Shown: in pieces, positions 1-9,602 of the stretch
How the letters are laid out: every line of letters starts with the position of its first letter
How positions within the stretch are numbered: the stretch's first letter is position 1
Source: an uncultured delta proteobacterium
GTDB lineage: Bacteria > Desulfobacterota > Binatia > DP-6
Length of the DNA stretch: 64,000 nucleotides
Assembly (NCBI GenBank): GCA_963815115.1
Contig: CAWFFN010000005.1
Location: 1,696,001-1,760,000 of the forward strand
Reading direction: 5' to 3'
Translations under genes and position numbers: made by a program
The notes under the pieces: model-generated
Told to the model about the DNA's origin: nothing
What the model saw: the letters and a program-made list of their open reading frames with translations, nothing else
Database searches by the model: none

Positions 1-820
1 AGGGAAGGAAGCCCACGAGAGCGAACAGCGCCGTCATGCCGAAGGGCTGCGGCCGCAGATGAGGCGTCGGGGCGAAGAAGCGCTCGAGGTGCTGCTCCAG
101 TACGAAATCGCGCAGGTAGCCCGGATCGAGAGCGCCGGCAGCGAGGTACCATGGTCCCGTCACGGCGAGGTAGAGCAGCGCGGCACGGCCCAGGCGCGCA
201 CCACGCAGAAGAGCGAGCCGGCCGATGGTGGCGAGGTAGAGTGCTCCGATCACCACGAGCAGGATGGGCGTCACGAGCCCCTTGGTCAGCGTGCCCAGCG
301 CGGCCGCCACCGCGACCGGCCGGAGCGTCGCGCCCTCGCTGCTGCGGGTCGCCCAGCGATGCAGTCCGAGCAGCGCGAGGGTCGTCCACAGCGTGAGGAG
401 CATGTCGAGGTTGATGATGCGCCCCAGGCCGAGGAACCCGCCCGTGGTGCAAAGCACGGTCGTGCACGCGGCGGCGGCCGCGCGGCCCCAGCGGGCACGC
501 GCCCAGAGGAAGACGGCGAGCGCCGTCAGGAGCGCCGCCGTGGCGGAGACCGCGCGGGCCGCGAACGCCGTCGGGCCGGCGATCCGGTAGGCCTGGGCCA
601 CGACCCAGTACAGCAGGATCGGCTTGTCGTGGTACGGACGCCCGTAGATGGACGGCACGATCCACCCGCGCGCGTCGATCGACGTCCAGACGTTGCGCGC
701 GATCAGCGCGGGGCGCGCCTCGTCCGGATCCCACAGGGCGTGGCCGCCGAGGTTCCAGAAGAGAAGGGTGCCCGCGAGGAGCGCGACGAGCGCGACGTCG
801 CCCAGGAGACGCAACCGCAT
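1..820 (-). CDS. ArnT/PMT-family (GT-C) membrane glycosyltransferase, 3' end outside window
   Basis: Not in ORF track; manual minus-strand translation from ATG at 820: MRLRLLGDVALVALLAGTLLFWNLGGHALWDPDEARPALIARNV...YHDKPILLYW...NLDMLL...LGTLTKG; WDPDE, DKP and LTKG motifs are typical of ArnT-like enzymes. Confidence 0.85.
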   Translation of the reverse strand, partial: MRLRLLGDVALVALLAGTLLFWNLGGHALWDPDEARPALIARNVWTSIDARGWIVPSIYGRPYHDKPILLYWVVAQAYRIAGPTAFAARAVSATAALLTALAVFLWARARWGRAAAAACTTVLCTTGGFLGLGRIINLDMLLTLWTTLALLGLHRWATRSSEGATLRPVAVAAALGTLTKGLVTPILLVVIGALYLATIGRLALLRGARLGRAALLYLAVTGPWYLAAGALDPGYLRDFVLEQHLERFFAPTPHLRPQPFGMTALFALVGFLP

Positions 821-1027
821 CCGGTGTCACGTGGCGGAGCCGCCGGTCCTCACGAGCTCGCCATGCCCGACCCTGTCCGCGGCACGCTTCGCCACCCTGG
901 ACGTCTCGATGGGTAGCAGGGGCAGGGTGCGGGTGACAACTCCTGCGCAGCGAGACGTGGCGCCTCGCGCGCGGACGGTGGACACGACGGGACGACTCGC
1001 GTAGGGGCCGATCCGAAGGAAGAGAGC

Positions 1028-1726
1028 GTGAGTATGAGGATCCTGGCGATCGACGTCGGAGGAACACACGTGAAGCTGCTCGCCACGGGGCGGCGCGTGC
1101 CGATCAAGGTCCCGTCCGGTCCGCGCATGACGCCGCGGCGCATGGTGACCGCCGTGAAGCGGCTCACCGACGGCTGGCGGTACGACGCGGTGTCGATCGG
1201 CTATCCCGGACCCGTGCTGAACGGACGGGCGGTCGCCGAGCCCCACAACCTGGGCCCGGGCTGGGTGGGCTTCGACTTCAAGCGCGCCCTCGGCCGGCCG
1301 GTGCGAATGGTCAACGACGCCGCCATGCAGGCCCTCGGCAGCTACCGCGGCGGGCGCATGCTCTTCCTCGGCCTGGGCACGGGCCTGGGCTCGGCCCTCA
1401 TCGTGGACGGCGCGCTCGAGCCGATGGAGCTGGCGCACCTGCCGTACAAGAAGGGCCGCACCTACGAGGACTACGTCGGCCTTCGGGGCCTGGAGCGGCT
1501 CGGCAAGAAGAAGTGGCGGCGGGCCGTGGAGGACGTCGTGATGCGACTCAAGGCGGCACTCGACGCCGAGGAGATCGTGCTCGGCGGCGGCAACGCGAAG
1601 CTGCTGAAGACGCTCCCGCCCGACGCGCGCCTGGTGACCAACACGAACGCGTTCCTGGGCGGCTTCCGGCTCTGGCATCGGAAGGCGGCACCCCGGCCGA
1701 AGCGGACGCGGCGCAAGGCGGGCTGA
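1028..1726 (+). CDS. ROK family sugar kinase (polyphosphate glucokinase-like)
   Basis: LAIDVGGTHVK, VNDAAMQALG, LGLGTGLGSA, ELAHLPY motifs. Confidence 0.88.
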   Translation: MSMRILAIDVGGTHVKLLATGRRVPIKVPSGPRMTPRRMVTAVKRLTDGWRYDAVSIGYPGPVLNGRAVAEPHNLGPGWVGFDFKRALGRPVRMVNDAAMQALGSYRGGRMLFLGLGTGLGSALIVDGALEPMELAHLPYKKGRTYEDYVGLRGLERLGKKKWRRAVEDVVMRLKAALDAEEIVLGGGNAKLLKTLPPDARLVTNTNAFLGGFRLWHRKAAPRPKRTRRKAG

Positions 1727-1761
1727 GGCGGGCCGCTAGGCGGCGCGGGGGTCGGGCGGTG

Positions 1762-3099
1762 ATGATCGCCGAGACGAGTCTCCTCCTCACCGACCTCTAC
1801 CAGCTCACCATGCTGGACTCGTACTTTCGACGCGGCATGGAGGACACGGCCGTGTTCGAGTTCTTCGTGCGCTCGCTGCCACCGGGCCGCAGCTTCCTGG
1901 TCGCGGCAGGCCTGGAGCAGGTGGTCGAGTACCTGGAGGCGCTGCGTGCCACACCCGAGGAGCTGGCCTGGGTCGCCGCGTCGGGCCGATTCGACGACGC
2001 CTTCGTCGAGCGCCTCGCCGCGCTGCGGTTCACCGGCGACGTCGATGCCGTGCCCGAGGGGACGGTGTGCTTCCCGGACGAGCCCCTGTTCCGCGTGATC
2101 GCGCCACTGCCCGAAGCACAGCTCGTGGAGACGCGGGTCGTCAACCTGTTGCACTTCGAGACCCTCGTGGCCTCGAAGGCCTCCCGCTGCGTGCTCGCGG
2201 CGCCGGGAAAGCTGCTCGTCGACTTCGGCCTGCGGCGGGCGCACGGTGCGGAGGCCGGGCTGCTTGCGGCGCGTGCGGCGTACGTCGGCGGGTTCGACGG
2301 CACGGCGACCGTGCTTGCCGGCGCCCGCTTCGGGATCCCGCTCCACGGCACGATGGCGCACTCGTACGTCCTCGCCCACGACAGCGAGGCACAGGCGTTC
2401 GCGGACTTCGCGCGCGACCGCCCCGGCGACGTCGTGCTGCTGCTCGACACCTTCGATTCGGAGAAGGCGGCCGCCAAGGCCGTGGAGCTGGCACGCCAGC
2501 TGGCGGCGGAGGGCATCCGCTTGCGCGGCGTACGACTCGACAGCGGCGATCTCGGCGAGCACGCGCGCCGGGTACGCCGGGTGCTCGACCGGGGCGGGCT
2601 GCCGGAGGCGACGATCTTCGCGAGCGGCAACCTCGACGAGCACGCGCTGGCGACGCTGGTGTCGTCCGGGGCGCCCATCGACGGGTTCGGCGTCGGCACG
2701 CGACTCGACACCTCCGCCGACGTTCCCCATCTCGACTGCGCCTACAAGCTGCAGGAGTACGCCGGCGTGCCACGGCGCAAGCGCTCGGAGGGCAAGGCCA
2801 CGTGGCCGGGACGCCGACAGGTGTATCGCCGCCATGCGGCCGACGGCACGATCGCCGCGGACGTGGTCACGCTCGTGGGCGATCCCCAGCCCGGGGAGCC
2901 GCTGCTCCAGCCCGCGATGCGTGCCGGGCGCCGCCTGGACACGCTGCCGGCGGCGGCGGCGGCGCGCGCACGGGCGCGCTCCCAGCTCGAGCGGCTGCCG
3001 CCCGCACTTCGCCCTCTCGATCGGCCGGGGCTCGCTCCCGTCGAGATCGCCCCGGCCATCCGTGCGCTGGCCGACGAGATCGATGCCCGGGGCCTCTGA
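1762..3099 (+). CDS. pncB: Nicotinate phosphoribosyltransferase
   Basis: LLTDLYQLTM, DFGLRRAHG, GTMAHS, VRLDSGD, DGFGVGT motifs; start trimmed from ORF 1513. Confidence 0.93.
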   Translation: MIAETSLLLTDLYQLTMLDSYFRRGMEDTAVFEFFVRSLPPGRSFLVAAGLEQVVEYLEALRATPEELAWVAASGRFDDAFVERLAALRFTGDVDAVPEGTVCFPDEPLFRVIAPLPEAQLVETRVVNLLHFETLVASKASRCVLAAPGKLLVDFGLRRAHGAEAGLLAARAAYVGGFDGTATVLAGARFGIPLHGTMAHSYVLAHDSEAQAFADFARDRPGDVVLLLDTFDSEKAAAKAVELARQLAAEGIRLRGVRLDSGDLGEHARRVRRVLDRGGLPEATIFASGNLDEHALATLVSSGAPIDGFGVGTRLDTSADVPHLDCAYKLQEYAGVPRRKRSEGKATWPGRRQVYRRHAADGTIAADVVTLVGDPQPGEPLLQPAMRAGRRLDTLPAAAAARARARSQLERLPPALRPLDRPGLAPVEIAPAIRALADEIDARGL

Positions 3100-3108
3100 G
3101 CGGCTCGC

Positions 3109-3645
3109 TCAGGCCGGCGCCGGCGGCCTTCGCCGCGCGGCCAGCCACTGGTGCAGCGCGAACAGCGCGACCGCCAGGGGCGGGATCGCCAGGTACGGCC
3201 AGATCCTGGCGGGCTCCGCGGCTGCCGGAGCGACGGGCAGCTCGCACGACACCTCCGCCGCCTCGTCGCCATGGGACACGGCGACCCGTACCGTCCAGCT
3301 CCCGGGAGTGGGCATCGCGACGGTGGCCGCATAGAGCAGCTTGTTGGTCGCCGCCGCGTGCGTTGCCTCGACGGCGACGGGCAGTGCGCGGGTGGCCTGC
3401 GGCGGGACCGCGGTGACGGAGACGCGGGCATCGAGGAGCGCGGCGCTGCTCGCTCTCGACTGGACGAGCACGCTCACGTCGGCCAGCCCGACGCCGAGCA
3501 CGGCCGGCGTGGTGAAGAGGGTGATCGTGAAGGGGCCCGCGGCCTGCATCAGCCGGACCGTGCCACCGTCTGCCATGATGGGCGAGGACGGCAGCAGGAC
3601 CGCGACTGCACAGGCGAGGAGCGCGGCTCCGGCTCGGGCGAACAC
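3109..3645 (-). CDS. Exported membrane-anchored hypothetical protein (YtkA/FixH-like Ig-type domain possible)
   Basis: Signal peptide, ATHAAATNKLLYAA...PGSWTVRV beta-rich core, C-terminal TM helix. Confidence 0.6.
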   Translation of the reverse strand: MFARAGAALLACAVAVLLPSSPIMADGGTVRLMQAAGPFTITLFTTPAVLGVGLADVSVLVQSRASSAALLDARVSVTAVPPQATRALPVAVEATHAAATNKLLYAATVAMPTPGSWTVRVAVSHGDEAAEVSCELPVAPAAAEPARIWPYLAIPPLAVALFALHQWLAARRRPPAPA

Positions 3646-3709
3646 GCGTATGGAAGACTACTCCTCGGGACGGTGGCCGGCGACCCGCGCCACGAATGCG
3701 GAGGGCGCG

Positions 3710-4984
3710 CTACTGATCGGGCTGCGGCGGTGCTGCCGGCCGCCGCCGGGGGCGGCGGCCGCGAGCGTGGGTGTCTGGCGTCGGCCAGCCCTGCGCGAGG
3801 CAGTCCCCGGGCCGGGCGCGCAAGCGCCGGAAATGGTCCAGGGTGTGTCCCTCCGGTGTCACGGCACGCACGTCGATCCAGGCGGGCGTGACGCGCACCC
3901 GCAGGAAGTGCGCCGCCGCGAAGGCCCGGGGAAAATTCGGATGGGGACGAACGGTATCGAGCTGGACGTCGCCGCCCCCACCGCTGGTGACGTGCACGAC
4001 GCGCGCCGTCGGGACGTATTCGCAGCTCGGCTGCGAGCGTTCGTAGAAGTGCTGGTGTCCGGCGAGCACGAGATCGACGCCGCCGGCTTCCAGGATGGGC
4101 GCGAGCGCGACGCGCAGGTTGCGGACCTCGCGCTTGTTGCCGGCTGTGTAGAGCGGCTCGTGCAGGAACACGATCCGCCACGGCATCGTGCGGACCCCGG
4201 CGAGCTCTGCGGCGAGACCGGGTGCGCCCGCGGCGCCGTCGGGGCTGCTGAGGGAGACGAAATGCGCCGGCCCCCAGTCGAATGAGTAGCGCAGCCGGAC
4301 CGCGTTCGGACCCCCGGCCAGTGGCGCGAACACCGCGCGGTAGCCGCTGCGGGCGTTGAGGTCGTGGTTGCCCGGGGTGGGAAAGAGGGGCACCCGCCGG
4401 AGCGTCTCTCGGTAGGGCGGAAAGAAGGTGGCCGCCAGCTCGCCCACGGTGCCGTCGGGGTAGGCGAGGTCGCCCACGTGAATCAGGAATGCCGGGTGCG
4501 CGGCCCGGATGCGGCGCGCGATCGCTCTCGCGGCGATGCCGCCGTGCCCCGAGTCCCCGACGACCGTGAAGAGAAACGAGCCGTCGGCCTCCGGGGCGGT
4601 GCGAAAGCGGACCCAGGTGACGAACCGGCCGTCGGGCGCCAGGATCCGACACGCGTACAGCGTATCGGGGTGCAGGTCTTTCAGGCGTGCCGCGAGGAGG
4701 CCGTGGGTATCGGGGGTTGCCGAGGCGGAGACGGCGTGGCCGTCGCGGCTGCGGCACACGCTCCGGCCGCCGCTCGTGCCCGTCCAGACCACGGTCGCGC
4801 CCGTGCGGTCGACGGCCGTCACGTAGAACCACCCGGGAGGGAACGACCCGACGCACCCCACCGTCCCGCCGAGCGCGACCAGGCACGCCAGCCAGCCGCC
4901 TCCGAACCGTATCCGCCTCGGCGTCGCGCGGGTATCCGTCAAGACGGCGCGAGGATAGAGGGACGGGCCGGATCGGGAAAGCAA
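3710..4984 (-). CDS. Secreted metallophosphoesterase (purple acid phosphatase-like with FN3-type N-domain); exact start uncertain
   Basis: VVGDSG, HVGDLAY, PGNHD, FLHEP, LAGHQHFYER calcineurin-like motifs. Confidence 0.88.
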   Translation of the reverse strand: MLSRSGPSLYPRAVLTDTRATPRRIRFGGGWLACLVALGGTVGCVGSFPPGWFYVTAVDRTGATVVWTGTSGGRSVCRSRDGHAVSASATPDTHGLLAARLKDLHPDTLYACRILAPDGRFVTWVRFRTAPEADGSFLFTVVGDSGHGGIAARAIARRIRAAHPAFLIHVGDLAYPDGTVGELAATFFPPYRETLRRVPLFPTPGNHDLNARSGYRAVFAPLAGGPNAVRLRYSFDWGPAHFVSLSSPDGAAGAPGLAAELAGVRTMPWRIVFLHEPLYTAGNKREVRNLRVALAPILEAGGVDLVLAGHQHFYERSQPSCEYVPTARVVHVTSGGGGDVQLDTVRPHPNFPRAFAAAHFLRVRVTPAWIDVRAVTPEGHTLDHFRRLRARPGDCLAQGWPTPDTHARGRRPRRRPAAPPQPDQ

Positions 4985-5040
4985 GCGTCCGGATCACGAT
5001 CGCATCTCGCCGGTTGCCATCGTCCATGCTAGGGTGATGG

Positions 5041-6357
5041 GTGGTAGCGGACGTCACGGAGAAGACCACGATGGGCCTCGCCCGGCATCCGGAGCCGCGC
5101 ACGACCTCGCTGCGCGAGCTGCCATCCGATGCGACCCGAGGGGCTCCCGCGCGTGCGGCCCCGCGTCAGACGTGGTCGGGAGCCCCCGCGCGGGCCATGG
5201 CGCAGGCCCTGCTCGCTGCCCTTCCCGGCGGGCCGATCGCGATCGTCCTGCCCAACGGCGAGGAGGTCGCCAGCGGAATTCGCCCGATCGCGCGGGTGCA
5301 CGTCGCCGACATGCGAACCCTGCTCGGGCTCCTCGGCCCGGCGGGCGACCTCTGCTTCGGGGATGCGTACGCGGACGGACGGATCGTGGTCGAGGGCGAC
5401 CTGCTGGGCCTGCTGGGAGTCGCCTTCGCCGCGCCCGGAGACGGCTGGCTGGCACGGCTGGGCTCGCGGTGGCGCCGCCTCGCGAGGCACGGCAACTCGA
5501 TCCGCCGCTCGCGCGCCAACGTGCAGCACCACTACGACCTCGGCAACGACTTCTACGCGCTCTGGCTCGACCGCGAGATGGTCTACACCTGTGCCTACTT
5601 TCCGACCCCTGCCGCGTCCCTCGAGCAGGCGCAGGTGGCGAAGATGGAGCACGTCGCGCGCAAGCTCCGCCTGCGCGCCGGCGAGACCGTGATCGAGGCC
5701 GGCTGTGGGTGGGGCGCCCTCGCCCTCCATCTGGCGCGCCAGCACGGCGTACGGGTCCGCGCCTTCAACGTCTCCGGCGAGCAGCTCTCCTGGGCCCGCG
5801 AGCGCGCCCGCCGCGAGGGGCTCGCGGATCGGGTCGAGTTCATCGACGACGACTACCGCAACGTGCGCGGGACCTACGATGCGTTCGTCTCGGTCGGCAT
5901 GCTCGAGCACGTGGGGCCCGAGCACTACGGCGAGCTCGCCCGGGTCATCGACCGGACGCTCGCGCCACACGGTCGCGGCCTGCTGCACTCGATCGGCCGC
6001 AACCGGCCGCTCGAGTTCAGCCCGTTCGTCCAGCGCCGCATCTTCCCCGGCGCGTATCCCCCGACCCTGCGCGAGATGGTGGCGCTGCTCGAGCCGATCG
6101 ACTGCTCCGTGCTCGACGTCGAGAACCTCCGGCTGCACTACGCGCGTACGCTCGAGCACTGGCTCTCTCGCTTCGAGGGCAACGGCGACGAGGTGGCGCG
6201 GCGATTCGGCGAGCCGTTCGTGCGCGTCTGGCGCCTCTATCTGGCGGGATCCATCGCCGCCTTCCGCGCCGGCTCGCTCCAGCTCTTCCAGGTCGTGTTC
6301 GCACGCGGGCGCTCCAACGCCGTGCCGTGGACGCGCGCGGACCTCTACCGGTCGTGA
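5041..6357 (+). CDS. cfa: Cyclopropane-fatty-acyl-phospholipid synthase family methyltransferase
   Basis: NVQHHYDLGNDFY, YTCAYF, EAGCGWG, SVGMLEHVG, HYARTL motifs. Confidence 0.9.
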   Translation: MVADVTEKTTMGLARHPEPRTTSLRELPSDATRGAPARAAPRQTWSGAPARAMAQALLAALPGGPIAIVLPNGEEVASGIRPIARVHVADMRTLLGLLGPAGDLCFGDAYADGRIVVEGDLLGLLGVAFAAPGDGWLARLGSRWRRLARHGNSIRRSRANVQHHYDLGNDFYALWLDREMVYTCAYFPTPAASLEQAQVAKMEHVARKLRLRAGETVIEAGCGWGALALHLARQHGVRVRAFNVSGEQLSWARERARREGLADRVEFIDDDYRNVRGTYDAFVSVGMLEHVGPEHYGELARVIDRTLAPHGRGLLHSIGRNRPLEFSPFVQRRIFPGAYPPTLREMVALLEPIDCSVLDVENLRLHYARTLEHWLSRFEGNGDEVARRFGEPFVRVWRLYLAGSIAAFRAGSLQLFQVVFARGRSNAVPWTRADLYRS

Positions 6358-6911
6358 GCGGACGGCGCCGGCTCATCGTCGGCGTGATGGGCTCCGGGGT
6401 GGAGCGTCACGATGATCTCGCGGGGCCGCTCGGCCGATGGATCGCACGCGGAAACTACCACCTCCTCACCGGAGGTGGCGGCGGGGTGATGGCGGCGGTG
6501 AGCGAGGCGTTCGCGGCGGTGACGGACCGCCAGGGCCTCGTGATCGGGGTGCTCAAGGGGTTTCCCGGCGCGGGCGGCCGTGTCGTCTCCGCGAAGCCCA
6601 ACCCCTGGGTCGAGGTGCCGATCCGCACCCACCTGGCGCTGTCCGGCTCCCAGGGCGCGGACACGCTCAGCCGCAACCACGTCAACGTGCTCACCGCCGA
6701 CGTCGTCGTGGCACTCCCCGGCGGCGAGGGAACACGCAGCGAGGTCGAGCTCGCCGTCCGCTACGCGAAGCCGGTCGTCGCCTTCCCCGGACCCGGCGGA
6801 CTGCCGGAGAACTGGCCGCCGATCCCGGTCGCGGCGACGTTCGGCGACCTGGAGGCATTCCTCGTCTCGGTGCTCGGCCGCATCGCGTCGCTGCGCGCGC
6901 GCGACCCCTGA
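6354..6911 (+). CDS. LOG/SLOG family protein (Moco carrier / TIGR00725-like)
   Basis: GTG at 6354 overlaps cfa stop; IVGVMGSG, LLTGGGGGVM, SRNHVNV, PGGEGTRSE. Confidence 0.82.
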   Translation: MSGRRRLIVGVMGSGVERHDDLAGPLGRWIARGNYHLLTGGGGGVMAAVSEAFAAVTDRQGLVIGVLKGFPGAGGRVVSAKPNPWVEVPIRTHLALSGSQGADTLSRNHVNVLTADVVVALPGGEGTRSEVELAVRYAKPVVAFPGPGGLPENWPPIPVAATFGDLEAFLVSVLGRIASLRARDP

Positions 6912-6919
6912 GAGGCATC

Positions 6920-9460
6920 TCAGGCGAGCAGGACCGAGCGCAACGCGTGGCGCGGCACGTCGAACCGGACCACGCCGCCGACGAGTGTCACGGCATCCGG
7001 CGCGGGCTCCTCGTCGAGCCGCACGGCGCTGGCCGATCGGACCGGAAAGCCCGGTCGTAGCACCGCGGTCTGCGCAGCGTCGGTCGGGTTCAGCAGCCGG
7101 ACGACGATGCCGTCGCCGTCCTCGGCGGGCTTGAGCGCGGACAGCACGAGAGAGGAGGGCTCCACCGCCAGGAGCGACTGGCCCGCGGGAAGCAGCGGCT
7201 CCGGACCGGCGAGCAATCCCCACAAGCCCAGCTCCGCGTCGCGGGCGGCGACCGGATCGGCGCCTCCGAGCAGCGACAGCCGGGCTTCGAGCGGACCGAG
7301 CACCTGTGCGCCCGGGATGGGCATGACCGGACCGGCGGGCACCGGCCGGCTCCGCAGATCGAAGCGCGCGAGCCATCCGATGGCACGGAGCAGGGTGATG
7401 GCGATGGTGCCGTCGGCGGTCACTTCCGCCTCCGGGAGCCCGGGGGCCACGACCGTCAGCCCGTTGGCGCTCACCCAGCCGTGGTGGGCGAAGGTATCGG
7501 GCGCGGCGTGCATCCAGCCGGCGTCGTCGGGTCGCGCCGTCGTGCGCGCCGCGACGTCGAACGTCGTGGCGGCATGGAACGCGGTCACCGGCCGGCCGGT
7601 CGGGAAGAGCAGCCGCAGCCGATGATCGCCCGCCGGATTGTCGACGCGCACGGTGAGGTCGACGCGCGGCACGCCGGGCGCGACGCGGGCCTCGCACCAC
7701 AGCGTGAGCAGGGCGCGCTCGGTGCGGCGCCGGGTGCGGCTCTGATCGAGCCCGCGGGGCAGCATGAAGGTGCGCGCGATCTCGATCCCGGCGAGCCCGG
7801 CGGGATGGCGCCATCGCCGCCGGGACGCCGAGACGAGATGGATGCCCTGATCGCGATCGACGGGATCGAAATCGTAGCTGTCGCCCCGGTCGCCCCGGTC
7901 CTCGACCGCGAGGAGGCCGCGGTACTCGGCGTCGCCCAGGCGCACGTCGAGGCTGCCGTCGTCGGCGACGTGCACGTGGACGCCCCGGCAGTCGATCTCG
8001 CGCCCCTCGTCGATGTGATGCGCCGCCGGCTGCGCCGACGTCAGGTGCAGGCGGCGGCAGCCGAAGGCCGGGATGTCCGCGACCACCAGCTCGAGGTCGA
8101 GCGGCTCCCGATCGGGGAGCCAGCGCGGCCGAGCCGGATCGTTCGATTGCACCACGCGCGCCGGCCGGCCGTCGATCTCGAAGCCCATGCCCTCCGCGGC
8201 GGCCACGGCGAGCGGCGGGAACTCCGGCAGCCCGAGCGGCAGCAGGAGCGCGGGGTAGGGGTCGAGCGGCACGCGCACCACGTCGGTGCGCCGGTGCGGC
8301 GACGGGTTGAAGACCGCGATCTCCTGCTCGACCGTCCACGGCGTGCGGCGCTCGACGCCGAGCCCGGCGAGCCGGCCGAGGAGCCGCGCCACGGTCTCGT
8401 GGGCCAGTCCTTCCACCTCCGCGAGCCTGGTGGTGACGTCGCCGGCGACGGCGTCGAGGGAGCAGCCACAGAGCGAGTCGTGAGCCTGGCTCTCCAGCAG
8501 CCGCCGCCAGGCGCGTCGCAGAGCGGGACGCTCGTCGGGAGCCGCGAGGTGACGCGCGAGCGCGGCCCACGGCTCCGCCCAGCCCTCCAGCAGGGTCTCG
8601 CAGCGCCGGTTGCCCAGCTTGATCGGCATGCGCGTCGACCACACCCCCGGCAGGAGATTCGCCAGGCGCGCGCCGCCGAGCTCGCCTCGCACCTCCGGGA
8701 GGTCTTCTCGCGGCGGTGCCACCCCGTCGTCGAGCAGGCCTCGATCCACCGGGATCCCCGTGAGACGCGCGAGCGCCTCGGCGACCGCTCCCGCGTGCCC
8801 GTCGGGGAGCATGTGGTCGAAGCCGTTCAGGAGGAGCACCGGCGCGTCGCCGTCCTCGCGTCGAGCCACGACCTCCGCCAGCCGCCGCGCCGCCTCCTCC
8901 ACGTCCCGCGGCAGGCAGGCGGCGTCGAAGTACCCGTCGCGGAGCACCGTCGCGGTGACGGCGCTGCCGTCGGGCGCGACCCAGCGATACGCGGTCCCGA
9001 TGCGGTCGATCTCGTTGCCGCTGCCGCGCCAGTGGACGAAGGCGGTGATGCCGAAGCCGGCGAAGAGCTGTGGCAGCTGCGCGGGGTGCCCGAAGGAATC
9101 GGGCACGTAGCCGATGCGCGACACCGGGCCGAAGGACGCCGCGGCGCGTCGGCCGTGGAGCAGATTGCGGACGTGCGCCTCGCCCGAGGGCAGCAGCGAG
9201 TCGGGCTGCACGTACCACGGCCCGACCGCCAGGCGTCCCTCGGCGATGCCGCGCACCAGCTCGTCGCGCCGCGCGGGACGAACAGCGAGATAGTCTTCCA
9301 GCAGCACGCTCTGGCCGTCGAGCAGGAAGTGGAACCCCGGATCCAGGGCGAGCAGGTCGAGGACCCGGTCGACCGCGTCGACGAGTCGTGCGCGGTAGGA
9401 CTCGAAGGTGCGGTACCACTCGCGGTCCCAGTGGAAGTGTGAGACGAGCACGCACCGCAC
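6920..9460 (-). CDS. Glycoside hydrolase family 38 (alpha-mannosidase / mannosylglycerate hydrolase-like)
   Basis: HFHWDREWY, FLLDGQ, GPWYVQPD, PDSFGH, NGFDH, AHDSLCGCS motifs. Confidence 0.92.
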   Translation of the reverse strand: MRCVLVSHFHWDREWYRTFESYRARLVDAVDRVLDLLALDPGFHFLLDGQSVLLEDYLAVRPARRDELVRGIAEGRLAVGPWYVQPDSLLPSGEAHVRNLLHGRRAAASFGPVSRIGYVPDSFGHPAQLPQLFAGFGITAFVHWRGSGNEIDRIGTAYRWVAPDGSAVTATVLRDGYFDAACLPRDVEEAARRLAEVVARREDGDAPVLLLNGFDHMLPDGHAGAVAEALARLTGIPVDRGLLDDGVAPPREDLPEVRGELGGARLANLLPGVWSTRMPIKLGNRRCETLLEGWAEPWAALARHLAAPDERPALRRAWRRLLESQAHDSLCGCSLDAVAGDVTTRLAEVEGLAHETVARLLGRLAGLGVERRTPWTVEQEIAVFNPSPHRRTDVVRVPLDPYPALLLPLGLPEFPPLAVAAAEGMGFEIDGRPARVVQSNDPARPRWLPDREPLDLELVVADIPAFGCRRLHLTSAQPAAHHIDEGREIDCRGVHVHVADDGSLDVRLGDAEYRGLLAVEDRGDRGDSYDFDPVDRDQGIHLVSASRRRWRHPAGLAGIEIARTFMLPRGLDQSRTRRRTERALLTLWCEARVAPGVPRVDLTVRVDNPAGDHRLRLLFPTGRPVTAFHAATTFDVAARTTARPDDAGWMHAAPDTFAHHGWVSANGLTVVAPGLPEAEVTADGTIAITLLRAIGWLARFDLRSRPVPAGPVMPIPGAQVLGPLEARLSLLGGADPVAARDAELGLWGLLAGPEPLLPAGQSLLAVEPSSLVLSALKPAEDGDGIVVRLLNPTDAAQTAVLRPGFPVRSASAVRLDEEPAPDAVTLVGGVVRFDVPRHALRSVLLA

Positions 9461-9602
9461 ACCCTGACCTTCCCCGGGCCGCTTCCCGTGGTCAAGCCAG
9501 GTCGGCGATCATGCGAAGTGCTCCGTCACCCGCCGGGATGCCCGGCCGGCGCCCGGTGCCGGGGTTGGGCGGCCAGCCCAACATACGGTAAATACGATAC
9601 CG

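Noticed and set aside
6345-9455. Very long alternative-frame and antisense ORFs (1036 aa here; also 27780-30443, 35352-38246, 51352-54702, 21037-23730)
   Set aside because: Arg/Ala/Gly/Pro-rich shadow frames expected in high-GC DNA; they overlap genes with clear family motifs. Only the terminal parts of some are real (CDP-alcohol transferase, kinase C-terminus)
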